From Phoronis australis (Eukaryota; Animalia; Phoronida): a stretch of 64,000 nucleotides of DNA. The notes beneath the pieces were generated by a model. That model saw only the letters and a list, made by a program, of their open reading frames with translations. It did not search any database and was not told where the DNA came from. Below are positions 24,248-36,835 of this stretch, in pieces. Location: positions 134,440 through 198,439 of the forward strand of contig NMRA01000536.1 in assembly GCA_002633005.1 (NCBI GenBank), in the 5' to 3' direction. Each line of letters opens with the position of its first letter. Position 1 is the stretch's first letter. The translations under genes were made by a program, and so were the position numbers.

Positions 24248-27200
24248 CTTTTCCTTTCCAGCCATATTTGTGGGTGGTAACATATCATTGCCCATAATCT
24301 CTGAAAAGTATTAATTTGTTTACAATGCACTTGATGGATAAGCGAAACTGTGGGTGATAGACGGTCAAGTTGGAAGTGCTCTTTTCAACATCATCCAGCC
24401 AGTGCTGTAGTTGGGCGTAGGCTCATATAGTCGCAGCCAACCACCTTTCGACATTTGAACGTAGCGTTCAGTGCTCAAGATAATACGGTGGGTTTTGGGG
24501 GTCTGCTTACCTCTAATTTTACCACTACAGCACTGCTTCCAGCCTTGTGACGAGTACAGTGTGGAAAATTTAGTTCACGACATTTTTACGGATTAAATGG
24601 AAACTAAAGAATTGTGGTAAATTGTTGACTTAAGACTAGACGAATTTTCTAGTCATCTAGACTTGGGATCTAATTTTTTTGCTACAATCGATTTCGAAGT
24701 AGTTTTGGCATTTTCTATTCTACTTTTGTGCAAAACTCAAAGAATATTGTCTATTATTCTATCTTCGAGTGCATGATGGCTTTCGCAGATCACCGTCTAT
24801 CCTAAATTGCACTTGGTGACCGGAGCATTAAAGGAGAATGCCACCCGATTTAATTAGTCTTTTTTACCGTCTTCATCGGTCTATATCCACATCGCCTCTT
24901 ATACGGTCGACCTCACCTTGCCGAGAGCCGAGAGATGTCGCGTTAACCTGTGAGGAAGGTGCCAAGAGACGCAGCGACGTCAGTGGTTCGTCTGCAGAGT
25001 GAATGCCGCTATATTGCGGTGCATAGGTTCCCGCTTGTCCGAACTATGAAGCTGCGAAGAAAGTAGGTATATCGTTTTTTTCGACTTCCTCGAGAGCCCG
25101 AAATGCTTAGGAAGTGGCTCGCGGTAGTGAAGAATGAAATATACGCTGTAAATAGCAAGTATGAGGCTGTGACACATCTCCGTGTGATTGGCCGGCATTT
25201 CGTCGACAGTGATTTATCTGACGAATTCCAGCTTACCAAAGAACTATACATACGTTCCGTTACCTATGCATGTTCACGGCACCTCTCTAGTATTTCTTGA
25301 TCAGTGTATTCCGGTTCGAACTGATAGCCTGTGAAACCTAACGATCCTACCCGTAAGGTCTTCGTCGGAAGAGCTCCTGACTAAGTCGGGATTGGCGCCG
25401 TGTAGACGTTTATTATTCTGCGTTCTGTTTCAAAATGAATTATTCTGATCTTAAAATGATCCTAACCAATGCTTATATGAAACTGAAACAGTCTGTCTCA
25501 TTCGATACAATTTGTAATGCCTTGGAGTGCTCTGAGTGCAGATGTTTTGAGAAGACAGCAATGAATAAACCACTGCGTTACCGGCTTTTGATGCCGGGAA
25601 AAAAGGTAATTGACCGAGCACCAAGGCCGTGTGAGCGCATGCGAATTCAGTGTTAGCTGACAGAAAGCTGTTGTGAAACAATTACTCGATTTTATATGCT
25701 ATTGTCACATGTTAGGGGAATCTTTATTTAGAAATACAAATACGTTATTCAAATCGTTGTTACTGTACAACCTTTGCCCTGACGGTCAAGGAGAACCCGA
25801 CTTCGTGGCCCGGCCGACAAGTAGATTTTTAGTTTCGTGGCTAATTCACATAAATAATTAAATGCACATCTCTTTGGCTCACTATTATAGTCTTTTCGTG
25901 ACTGGAGGTTTAGTTTCCAACTCAATCTGGTTTATGTTCGTGACAGTCCCGGCGGCCGTGACGGGCCTGATAGGGTTCCGAGCCACTGACCGGGATAACA
26001 AGCGTTTTTCTTGTGTATAGAACTCAAAAAATCACAAGTCTAAACAACACAGATCTAGGTTCTCATGTCTGTATTTCATGGTATCGAATTTATCTCCGGA
26101 CAGACCCCAAACTCCTGCTACGGACCTTGGTAAATTGGCCTGCCGAACTTTGAAGGCTACGGTGTGTCCAAATACCAGTAAATCCGTAACAGCGAAATAA
26201 AACAACACGTTTTTATAAGAACTCGGTGTATTTTTAAGGGTTTTACATCGAAGTTTGATGGTTTGTTGGTGTTAAACGATGAATTCAAGCAATAAGCTGA
26301 CACCAGTAACCCCTGCTGTGAACTGCTGAACAGACTGCGTGTGAAACCGATGACGTCACTGGATCATTTCAACACCTCCGTCTGCCGTCAGGTGTCAGGT
26401 AACGCAACCGAACTTGCCGTTATCGAGTAGAACTACTCAATCAAAATTGATACGAAGTAAGTTGTTTTTGGGTGGCATTCTCCTTTAATGCTAAAAGTTC
26501 AGGTCTTAACTCGAAATTTAGAGGTTTCACCAGAAATCTCGAGTTTTTTTTACTTTAGTTAGTACCACAAATATAGGGGTCACCACGGACAAACTTGGAC
26601 TAGAATCACACATGAATAAACCATAATGCACTCTAGCACAGACTAATAGGCGCTTGAGTTCGTACAAAAGTAGAAGTGAAAATGCAAATCATAATTTCGA
26701 GTAAGATTTCGAGTACAAAGAATAGGAAGTAAAATGGAGAATTTCTGTAATTGTTGGACATGCTCATCAGTAGTTCCGGCATATACTTTGATTTCAGGGA
26801 TCTTGAAGAGGTTATCATTTTACAGATACGTTTTACAGAGTTCCGTGTCTTCTTTAAGTCACCTTACTACGTCAGTGATACTCTTTTGAAGTTATCCGTG
26901 ACAAACAACACATTTTATGTTGTTTTTTCTTGAACCCAGATAACACTTTAATAACTGAAATTCATTTGGCTCTCACTTGGTCATTACTTTGGGGCCTGTG
27001 AAAAGACGTAATAATTTTGTTGTAGTGAATCTACAATGTACTCACCCTCTGTCATTAAGACTGGTACCTCCGTTTCTTCCTAAAAAAATAATATGCACAT
27101 CTTGACTTACGAATTTTGAGACCAATCGTTAAACTGGCAGCACAATAAAATGTTTTAAGTGGTGTATGAAATTCGTTATGACGATTGCAATATCTTCCAT

Positions 27201-29237
27201 TAAACGAGCTTTAATCAAGTTTAGGATTTTTAGTCCTTTCCCTTGAAGCACTAAGTTGCTGCTTTGAAAATGATTTGGCTGAACAACTATTCATGAAGGT
27301 ATAGGCCTTGAATTTTTGTCCGACCAGTCTTCCAGTTTACTCCTGCCAGACACACAGCGGTCTGCTAGGAGCCGTTAGCTTGATCTCCGCTGCGGTCGTC
27401 TCTTGGATCGGAAATCCAGTTTGGAAGCTCTGACGACTGATTCAGGTTACGCGCATGTCCTCCATCGGTAATTACAAAAGTTTTCATTTTCTACTACTGA
27501 AATCACAAACTTTTAAAAACGCTCACCAGATTGGACTTCAAAACATCATGTTCACCGTATTCTTGTTGTCGAGAGGGGAAACATAAACTATTGAAAATAT
27601 CACATTCACTACATTTTGGGTAGAGACAAAAACTCAAACTTCCAAACCTCGTCACGATGTTTGCATGTATTCCTGCGTACGAAAGCTCTTTAAAAAGCAT
27701 ATGAAAATCAAGTCGTTTGAAACTGAAGAACTTTTTGAAAAACGCTAAGAAAACGTTGCATTTTTAAATTGAAAACAAAGTCGTATGGACAAAGCGTTTG
27801 ATTAACAATGAAGCCGACTCAGTGTGCAAATGGGTAGCTGTCAGCCAAGAGCCTTCCGTCAGTACTGAAGTCGGTACTCCGTCTGAAATACGCAGTGCGG
27901 TCAGGTACCGGTCCGTTAAAATTATTGATCTAAATTCCGACCGCGGTCAGAAATAATCGTGACTTACACTGCAGGTAAAATTAAAAAATCTCTACCCTGC
28001 ATTGTGCAAGAAATCATCAAGCACGGACCAACGGGAGTATCCATGAGTTACAACCAGCTGAACCCCACGCTCGGCTCTATTTCATGATTTTGCTGAAGGC
28101 AAAAGTGCAGTTTGGCTTCTGCAACTCTGAATCATACCTTCAATCTACGACATTTCTTGAGCACGAAAAATCAACAGGTTTAGATTCTAGCGCCGAAGCT
28201 TAATGTCACTGTAGACCTATCTGAGCACATGATCATCACAGCAATGCAAGAGATGTTAGAACTATGCTACGAATTGAATTGCTCCGCTAACTTGATCAGG
28301 TATCTAAAAAGCATCGTAAGGATCCCATGTTTGTTGTTTTTAATTTCTTCATAACACAACGACGGTGAGCTAATGTTATAAGGTCACGTAGGACCTTATC
28401 AACAATAGTGTATTTTAGCCAAATATTTAAACAACTAGAGAATTTAACTCAGTAAAACTATATACGTGTATTCTCTGAAAGGTGGAACGCACAGAATTTG
28501 ATTTTTACTTGATACCAATCCAGCGTTCGAAATACACACTGACCTGGTATCCCGCGGCAAGTGGATCTGCGGTCGGGCCAGTGACAATTAAAAGTTTACT
28601 TGGAACCCGGGCCAGTAAATTTTCAGACTAACTGGCCCGGCGAGCCAGCACATTGGTTTGCTGTAGTTCGAACACTGTACCAATCTGCTATTAATTACGT
28701 CACGTGACAAAACCATTTTAGGAAAATTTAGAAAAAAAGGTGCAATTGCAGCAAAACAACGGTACGAATACCATGACCAAATTTCGACTAATATAAATTT
28801 CAAGATGAAAACTCAAAAAACGCTGTTACTGTTTTCATAGTTAATATACCGTGTTTCTTTCGTGGTTAATTTTGAGGGATTTTACTAGAAAACATAGAAG
28901 TCTTATTTTTATAGACCTCGTGCAAAAGTGAAGTATTTTAAAAACAACCCTAACAGTGTCTTAGTGCATTAAATATAATATCAGAAAATTTCAAATGAAT
29001 GCGATAATCTATTTTTGAGATATGATGTTCCGAAATTATACAAATTTGGACATATTTCTAGGGTCCTACATAATCTTCTGTCAGTGAAAAAGTGGAGAAT
29101 AACTGCGTCCCAAATTCTCTTTTATGTTTGGTCACCGCTAGACAGAGGTTGCCTACCTTTCCGTTCTCGGGTACGAACGGCGCTGACATAGACAAAGCAA
29201 TACAAACGGACACGGAAACGAGAGCTTTTAGCGACAT
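24248..29237 (-). CDS. Probable 5' exons (signal peptide and pro-region) of the astacin-FAMeT gene
   Basis: 29237-29157 encodes MSLKALVSVSVCIALSMSAPFVPENGK|gtaggc (signal-peptide-like); 27079-27046 encodes EETEVPVLMTE; 24300-24248 encodes EIMGNDMLPPTNMAGKEK|gtaatt. Phases 0/1/0 are compatible; the link to the core exons is hidden by the gap. Confidence 0.55.
24400..24535. mobile_element. ~135-bp hAT-like MITE (TIR cagtgctgtag)
   Basis: cagtgctgtagt ... actacagcactg; flanks catccagc / cttccagc (8-bp TSD, 7/8). Second copy at 56314-56454. Confidence 0.75.
24832..26484 (+). mobile_element. Non-autonomous Kolobok-like DNA transposon with a decayed THAP ORF
   Basis: TTAA on both sides; TIR aggagaatgccaccc / gggtggcattctcct; 25003-25260 reads MPLYCGA*VPACPN..SFF/RLPREPEMLRKWL..LRVIGRHF (THAP-like). 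Homologous over its whole length to 61773-63432. Confidence 0.85.
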
Positions 29238-30624
29238 TGTTGGAAAATCTTCGCCTTAACGAAACTGGAACGGGTCAGTATCTAACAAAGCGGTAATTTC
29301 AGCTTCAATCCTTAACTCCAGTTATACTTGGACTATGTCCACACGTTACAGGGTCGTTCAAATATCTTTCTTGTCGGCAATACAATACGCCGCAATGCCA
29401 ACAAAAAATTAAAAGCATACATTCCGGAGCATAAAGTTCGAAATCGACCTCGCTTTGTTTTTTTAGTTAAAATTTGATGAAATATACGTGTGTTTGAGTT
29501 ATTTTTTATTTTTATGCGATCACTACGTCAGCAATTTCCCGTTGGATTTAACACACGCACGCACGNCACGCACGCACGCACACACACAAACACACATATA
29601 CATTATGTCTGCAGAAGACAGAGTGCATCTTTACCCTCCCTGCCTAGAGTTCTTTCAGTTATTAGAGCTGTTAACAATCAGCCATAAACAGAATGGAAAT
29701 CGAAGACCTAAGCCATTCAGTACTAGCTTTGGATCTCCCCTGCCATGTGATAACCCCTGCATTTAACTATTTTCTACACTGACTTCTCCTAAAGGTGTTT
29801 TGTTTTGAAACTCGAACATGTAGTCTACTTGTGTTACAGCCGTCCCAAGCGTTCTGTTTCGTACAGATCATGAGTATTCTCGGTGATCAGTTCGGTAACC
29901 CAATCGATTGCCTTTAGTCCACTTGCAGAATCTCGCATTTTCATCAAAGTCTATCCACGCAAGCAAAAAGACCTTCTTTCAAGTAATGGCCATTCATAAT
30001 TCTGCAATGTTGTGCAATAACAGAACTGGACATTTTTATGGTTCGTCTTGCGCATGCCTAGAATGACGAATTATATTAAAACACTCTTTTTAGCCATCTT
30101 TGAAAGATGTCAGCTGCAAAGAAAGCAATTTCGCACAGCTTGCTATTTCCGTTTGCTTTCAAACAGATGATGAGAGAACAACGAGGAACTGAACATCGTC
30201 TGCACCTATAAGAACTTAGGAGGTTTTGTATAAACCAATACAGCGATATGCAGTGATAGGTGCAGAACGGATGCCTGTTCACACGAAAACGAGCAAACCA
30301 TGCAATACTATCAGCTATCAACAGAGTCCCAAAGGCTAATCATCTATCAGAGGTGTCAGTCTATGAGGCTAAGATAGGTGTCATCATGGCCATCCAAATG
30401 TGTGTAGGTGTAGATGTAAGCAATTATCAGCATGCATCCGAGCAAATCAAAATTATGTACTATCACATGCGGTGGCAATGTAAAAAAAATTCAAAATTTG
30501 AGAACAGCAAAATTAAACCAAATTATTCCAAATCTGTGAATATATATTGATTAATACGTCAAGAGTTTACATAAAGCAAACCGTGTAACTTGAGAAATGT
30601 ATGGCAATTCGTTTCAAACTGTAT

Positions 30625-32495
30625 TTAACTGACTTCCCACAACGTCATCACAAGGAAGTCGATAATATGCTGAAGTGTTGGTCTTCTGTAAGCCAGCTTA
30701 GTTCTGCAAGACATCCCTATTGTCAAGAGATTGGAGAAATTTCCAGTTTTTCCTGAAAGCGACGCCTGCCGATACATCTGGCTAAATAGCATCCCAAGGC
30801 GGTAAATGTCATATTTCTGCCATTTGTCGCTCTCTCTGCTATCGTTTTCGGCATATCTGGAAACCAAAGAAATTTTTCAATATTGTGCAGTTAAATAAAA
30901 GATGATTGCAGCACCATCAGGTGTGGCGTCAGCAGCAGTAGCAAGAGCAGCATTCACTACATGAAGATCATCCTCTATAAGAGCATGAACTTACTAGGAT
31001 ATTTGGCATGGGGTGACGAACATCTTTGACGACGGTACCCGCACCTGTGTCAGGTCACATGAACGGTTGAGATGAGTGAGGAGGGCAGGCAAGGAGCTGG
31101 CGACAGAGGTAAGGCGTCGAAAGCACTACAAACTACATGTACATGAATGGGAAGAGGGGAATTCCATGTGGGAATCAGTCATGACTGGGTGGTTGGCGAA
31201 AACTGGTTGAAACTGGTGGTGGCTGGGCTGAGGAAAAGTGGAAACAGCAGAGCTAACAGCGGATGTATAACATCATCTGCAGACAACTGTGAAGATATTG
31301 CTAAGTTGTGGTATTGGTATGAGCTACAGAGGTTGAAGTAAGCTGGTTGTTTGCAGGTAGTGTCCCACGAGCGACTTGTTTTTTGTCACCTTCCTGGACG
31401 CACTAGCAGGTAACAGAACGAGACTGCTTGAATTCATTAAAACAGGGTTTGGTATTCTTTTAAGATCAATTGTTTACCTCTGGACTCTGGTGTAAGTCAC
31501 TTGTCGTGGGCAGAAGGCACCTTATTGTTAGTTTCAGAGAAGTGATGATGTCGATTGTTTCGTGATGTGACGTGAACGCTGCAATTTTCGCACTCAGGCT
31601 AGCGTTCAATTCGGGTGGATGAGCATATTATAATTACTTTAAGCAGCTATAAACTCACAGCCCGTTAAAGAAGAGATTTTGTATTTAGACTACTTGTCGC
31701 TGTAAAATTTGTATCAACTTGTTCTATAAGATGGGAAATGATCAGTGCTCCTGCAAAACTGACGTTTCGTTATTTCTCGAGACTATCGCCCACGGCGCAT
31801 GAAATGACAAGCCTTATATCGAGCAATAACGAAGCACAGAAATCATTTCCAATTTGATTTAAGACCAATTTGCAGTAAGTGTTCTAATTCATAGGTCTTT
31901 TGTAAAGGGCGGTGGGTGCATTGTCGTTTTCATACGCACCTCCTGAAGTTTTTTGCCCGAAAAATGTTTACACTCCGTTATAAAAGCCTACTTACAAGTA
32001 AGCGTGACTGAAGTCTACCATATATATTTGAATATCTCTGCCAGTTCTTTGAATAACTATGTTGTCATCTTTGATGTCATTAATTGTTACGTTCAAACCA
32101 TGTATGTAGAAAACTGCTTCGGCGATTTGAAGTGCAATGCTCAGCCACGTGTTTACCGGAAGTACGTCCTCCCACAATAGGTCATTCAGTGTAGTGCCTT
32201 CTCCTATCACATCCATGACTAGTCCAAATTTCTCAGTCAAGTGTAAGGTATCATGTTGGGCATTAACAAGGATACCATAAACCCATGGCACAAAGCCAGA
32301 ATGTTTGAGTCTTGATAGGCACTCATATTCGCGAACTATCCAACTCAGGTCGCGATTGGTGTTGAGCTTTATACAAACTCTTGACTCGTTTCTGTCATCT
32401 CCCGTCTGCAGAGAAGCCAAGTACACGTCACCGCACGCACCTCTTCCTATTCGTCGTCGCTTTCCGCTAGCGCCCAGGTGATATCTTTCACGCAA
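30625..32495 (-). pseudogene. Degenerate protein kinase-like gene
   Basis: 31996-32484 has GRGACGDVY, VCIK, REYECL, IHGLNVTINDIKDDNIVI and IYMVDFS; 30625-30857 has DIYRLG and RRPTLQHI. The intervening candidate exon (30995-31044) does not give a clean in-frame splice. Confidence 0.65.
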
Positions 32496-33334
32496 ACAAA
32501 TTATAAATTAATGCAAAATTATGTCAATGAATCTGAGTGAGTTTTCTAGTGCAATTTGTGAAATTAACACTCACCTCAGTCGCCAGTTTAAAAGTGAGAC
32601 TGTTTTTAGGTTTTAAGAATAATGCACTCTGCGCTTAATCAAGGAGCAAAGCGTGATTTTTTCGCGTGCCTCGTTATGGTTATGTCTCAAATGCATTGCT
32701 TTTATAACCTAAAAAGAGGCTCACTAATAAAATGGTGACTACGTGAATAAGGTGTTATGACTGTTAGAATTTCAAAAAGGCATACATGTACGGCTATCCA
32801 CCGGCTGCTTAAGCAATTCGTGTATAGCTGAGATCTGGGGTTCATTTTTGTTGCTATGGTGAATTTAAATGCTGATTGCGCTATTTACACGTTAAACGCT
32901 GGAAGCCGTGGGCTCGGGCTCAAAATCATAACAGTAAATGGTGCATTTTTATAGCTACTTCAGCACAGTACATGCAAATGCATGGTGAAAACAAATGAAC
33001 GTCGTCAAAACAACACGATGTTCAGGGCTGATAATTTGGAAATGAGCCACTTTCCCAAAAATGTGGGTTTTACTAAATGGCTAGTCAATATTTTCCTGTC
33101 CTCAAAAAGTCGACATCACAGAAAGTTCACTTCATATATTTTTTCTTTGCACTTAAACCTAAAATGAATTAGCTCCGGAATATCTGCCGTCACGTGTGAT
33201 TTGTCGTTTGAGATAATGCCCGCCTTCTATTTTCATTGCCCCATCTTTCATTTGACTCCGGAGATCGCTAGCCAATGATTGCGCGTAACTTATTACTCGA
33301 TACCCAAGTGAAATGGTGCAAATGAATCAAATAA

Positions 33335-33476
33335 CATGGGCGGCGCACCATAGGGGGCTGGGGAGCAATAGCCCCCACTTTTTTCAGTGCTACGCTGCAC
33401 ATTGTCTATAGGCGATGCACCACAGGTGGGCTGTGGGGCTTTAGCCCCCACTTTTTTCAGTGCTGCGTCGCCCATG
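33335..33476. mobile_element. Small CATGGGCG-terminated MITE (internal dimer) with 5-bp TSD aataa
   Basis: catgggcggcgca ... tgcgtcgcccatg flanked by aataa on both sides; two internal copies of tagccccca(c)ttttttcagtgct. A similar-ended element lies at ~61245-61480. Confidence 0.65.
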
Positions 33477-34984
33477 AATAACGCACAATGCATCAAAGAT
33501 ATGTACTCTGGCAACACACCTTATTCACGCAGTCGCTGTATTGCAAAGACCATTCTTTCGGGTATTAAAAATAAATGCACAGTCTTTTCATTCAGTGAGT
33601 CGTCATACTATTGAGTGAACGTGGTATTAAACATAGCATAGAAAGAAGCTTCGGAAAACGAAAACTAATTATAGTAGTTTGTGCGTCTGCATGCGTACGA
33701 CGGTTGAGAACCAATGCAGTGAGTCAGAGTGGCTCCACGGTGACAATCTGTGACTTAGTGTTCACTGACACAGCAAGTTGTGAAAAAAGATAAGTCCTCA
33801 CCCACATTCATTAATTTCGTTAGCAATTCCACGTTTTACTGTTTCGATCTCGTTCTCCATGTAAGGGAAATGTACTAGGTCTATATCTTGCCATAGCAAA
33901 TAAGGAGACGTGTTTGCCTTGTGGGAGAAAAATCGATGAAGTGGCGAGCAGTGGTCAGATCGTTTTTTCTTCAAATTTGAAACTAAAACGAAGCATTTTC
34001 AAAATGCTTTGATACAAACAGAAATTAAACATCTTTACGAACAAACCCTAAAAATACCTGGTGAGAAGGTTTAATTCTGTTTCTGTGGCATAGAATCACC
34101 ATAGCAGTTTAGTCTGATTATCAAGTTCAAGGCCTCTTGAACCACCGACTCGATTTCTATTGCCCATTTCCCAGTTGGTCTCTTTATGTCAGTCTCCCCG
34201 GTGCGTGGTGTGTATTACAGTGAACATTTGACCTACTTACTGCAGACTCCCTCTTTAAGCTAGTTTGACTGGAGGCAAACTCACAAAATTTAAACGTTTT
34301 AGTGATAATTAAGTTAATTACGCACTGCAAATTCAGTTGAAATGTGGAAATAACGAAAAAGGTTAAAGACATGTATACGTTGTATTGACTAAAAACAAGT
34401 TTTCACCGAATTATTTAGTTAAGACCGTCAGATTTTGAAAACTCTTGACGTTTTGCGCTTTTCTAGGCTTCGGGAAATCAACTTAATCTGATTTTAGGAA
34501 CACGAATTCTCGAAAATGGCTCCGTGGATTTCATTGCAACTTTCCAGATTTGATATTTATTTATCAATCTCAAAATGTTGTTAGGATATTTTTTGAAGTC
34601 CTAGTTTTTCCACTGTGCCATAGACTAATACGATCGCTATTTTTCTTGATACCTTACGTTTTGCCAGTTAATTTGGCATAGAAACCAAACTAAATGAACA
34701 ATCGAAAATTCTTCACAGAAATTTTGAGAGATATTGTCAAGTTTCCGTTTAGAGAAACTTTTGTAAAATCCACTAAAGGTTATCTGTGCTATGAATGTAC
34801 CTTTGTTAAACATAAAAAGTTGACTTAAAAAGTATGGCCAAGCTATGATAACAACGACGCGTAAATATAATCCCTGGTCTTTATTCTTTCAGAAAATGTT
34901 TACTTTTACTATTTGACACAGACTAGTTTTCCTGTTAATTTTCTTTGAATTAACGCTCCTCAATGAGGTCCTACATATCATTAA

Positions 34985-35798
34985 AGAGACATGGAACGCG
35001 CGAAAGCTCGTCAAAAATATCTATTAAAATAATTCCTGATGAAAAAGCCATATCGCAACATCTACAGGGGCGGATCCAGGATTTTGAGTTAGGGGAGGGG
35101 GCCAGGGTACACGAATAATTAGAATTTCGCCACACGCGAGCGCCCAACCTAAAATGTAAAGAAGCAGGGGTCTCAAATTTTTGGGTTTGTGGACCTTATT
35201 ACTAAAAAAGTGGTAAACGGGGTTTGTTCAATGACTGTGCATTGTGCATTCGCCCTCCAAACCCCCTAGGTGGGCGCATATGCTACTCAGCAATTCGCAC
35301 CCCGAACTCCCAAATGGTATCTGGGAGAATTTTAGAGGAGGCATGGCCGCCTTGGCCACCCCTAAATCCGTCACTGATCTATTGAAGAGTAACTCACTTT
35401 CCCCTATGAGGAAACTTCTAGCAAAAAGCACAGAATTCACGATTTTTTGAAATACGCGCTAGAGAAAACCTCTGTGATTACCACAGAGTTTCTTTCTTCC
35501 CTCCCACTTATGATAAATGCGAGCTTGCGCTGACGGCAAGTTACTTAAAATCGTTTGGGGTCAAACGCCATATTTTGCTTATAAGGGAAATGTGCATCGT
35601 CTATGTCTTGCCACACTAAATAAGAAGACGCACTTCGCCTTGTGAGAGAAAAATCGCGAGCGGTTGACAGAGCAGTTTCTTGAAATTTGAAACTAAACGA
35701 AAATGCTTAGTTACCAACAGAAAATAAAATTTTTGTTTCAGTCGCAAAAAAACATTTTCAGTACTGCAATTTAGCCTGCTTATCGCGTTCCAGGCCTC
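34985..35798. mobile_element. TTAA-flanked (Kolobok-like) MITE with a nested 5-bp-TSD element at 35065-35376
   Basis: ttaa-agagacatggaacgcg ... cgcgttccaggcctc-ttaa; the nested caggggcggatcc...aatccgtcactg is flanked by atcta on both sides; the 3' part is repeated at ~33860-34140. Confidence 0.6.
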
Positions 35799-35867
35799 TT
35801 AAATAAACGGGCTCGCGCACTCGGCTGTATACTAGCATACGTAATAGGCAATGCATGATTGTACATG

Positions 35868-36220
35868 TATAGTTGGCCAAACGGGTTAATGTTACGTGCG
35901 TAAATTAACTTTAATGTACGCCGTAAATAGTAAATTTACGCCGTTTAAAGTTAATTTGCGCCACAAATAATTGTTGCGTTAAAATTGATTTATGCCGCAA
36001 CTCTTTGATGTACGCCGTTAACAATTAATTTACACCGGTAAAAAAATAATTTACCCCATTAAACGTTGTTAATTTGCGCTGCAAAATAATTCACTTACAA
36101 TAACTTATTGATGCCGTCAACAATTAATTTACCCCTCAAATAATTAATTTACGCCACCAACAAGGATTACTTTACGCACGTAATTTACGTGAGTAACGTT
36201 TACCCATTTGGCCACCCATA
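35868..36220. repeat. Inverted-repeat-bounded element with internal ~30-bp tandem repeats
   Basis: tggccaaacgggttaatgttac ... gtaacgtttacccatttggcca enclose repeated aattaatttacgccg-like units. Confidence 0.65.
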
Positions 36221-36322
36221 TTGATTGCTGTAAAACCGTAAACGGGTGCGGCACCTGAACAAAATTGCCATGGTCTCCCAAAGACAAACTGCGAACTCTA
36301 CACTTTGGCTCCGAAGAAAACA

Positions 36323-36835
36323 TCAACGCGCTGACTTAACATACTTAATCTGAGACGGATGGATAACAACTTTCGCCATCTCGCTTTTTGTCCAAGTGCC
36401 GAACGCATGTTCAAATAGTGATGCAACCACTCTCTTGTCGAACAGCGGTGGATATTTCGTGGTGCTTCTTGATGGTTTTATCGCCAGTTCTGGTAGAAAG
36501 GTTTTCCTTACGACTACGCGTGGCGACGCTTTCACTTTTATATCCCTGTGTGACGGAATTTTTTCCACGGTGCTGTTGTCTTGGTCAGTTAGGCAAATAG
36601 AATGTCTTTTTGAGCTCGACCATGTTTCCAGTTTCTGACTTATTTTAGAAATTATGAACGAGTCAATGGGCCCCAATGCCACCTTCTCGCCAAAATGAGG
36701 AAGAGCCGGACACGAAACTCTTCGCTCTGACAAAAACGCTGGCAAAACTGTCGCTCGACATATTGGCTGACTTCGTCGACCTGTCCGCAAGTTGTAGTGT
36801 GCCACGTTGGTTTGTGGGTCGTATTCGTAGTACAT
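36323..36835 (-). other. Unassigned 170-aa intronless ORF
   Basis: Longest unexplained ORF; more GC-rich than its flanks; no recognisable motif. Confidence 0.25.
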
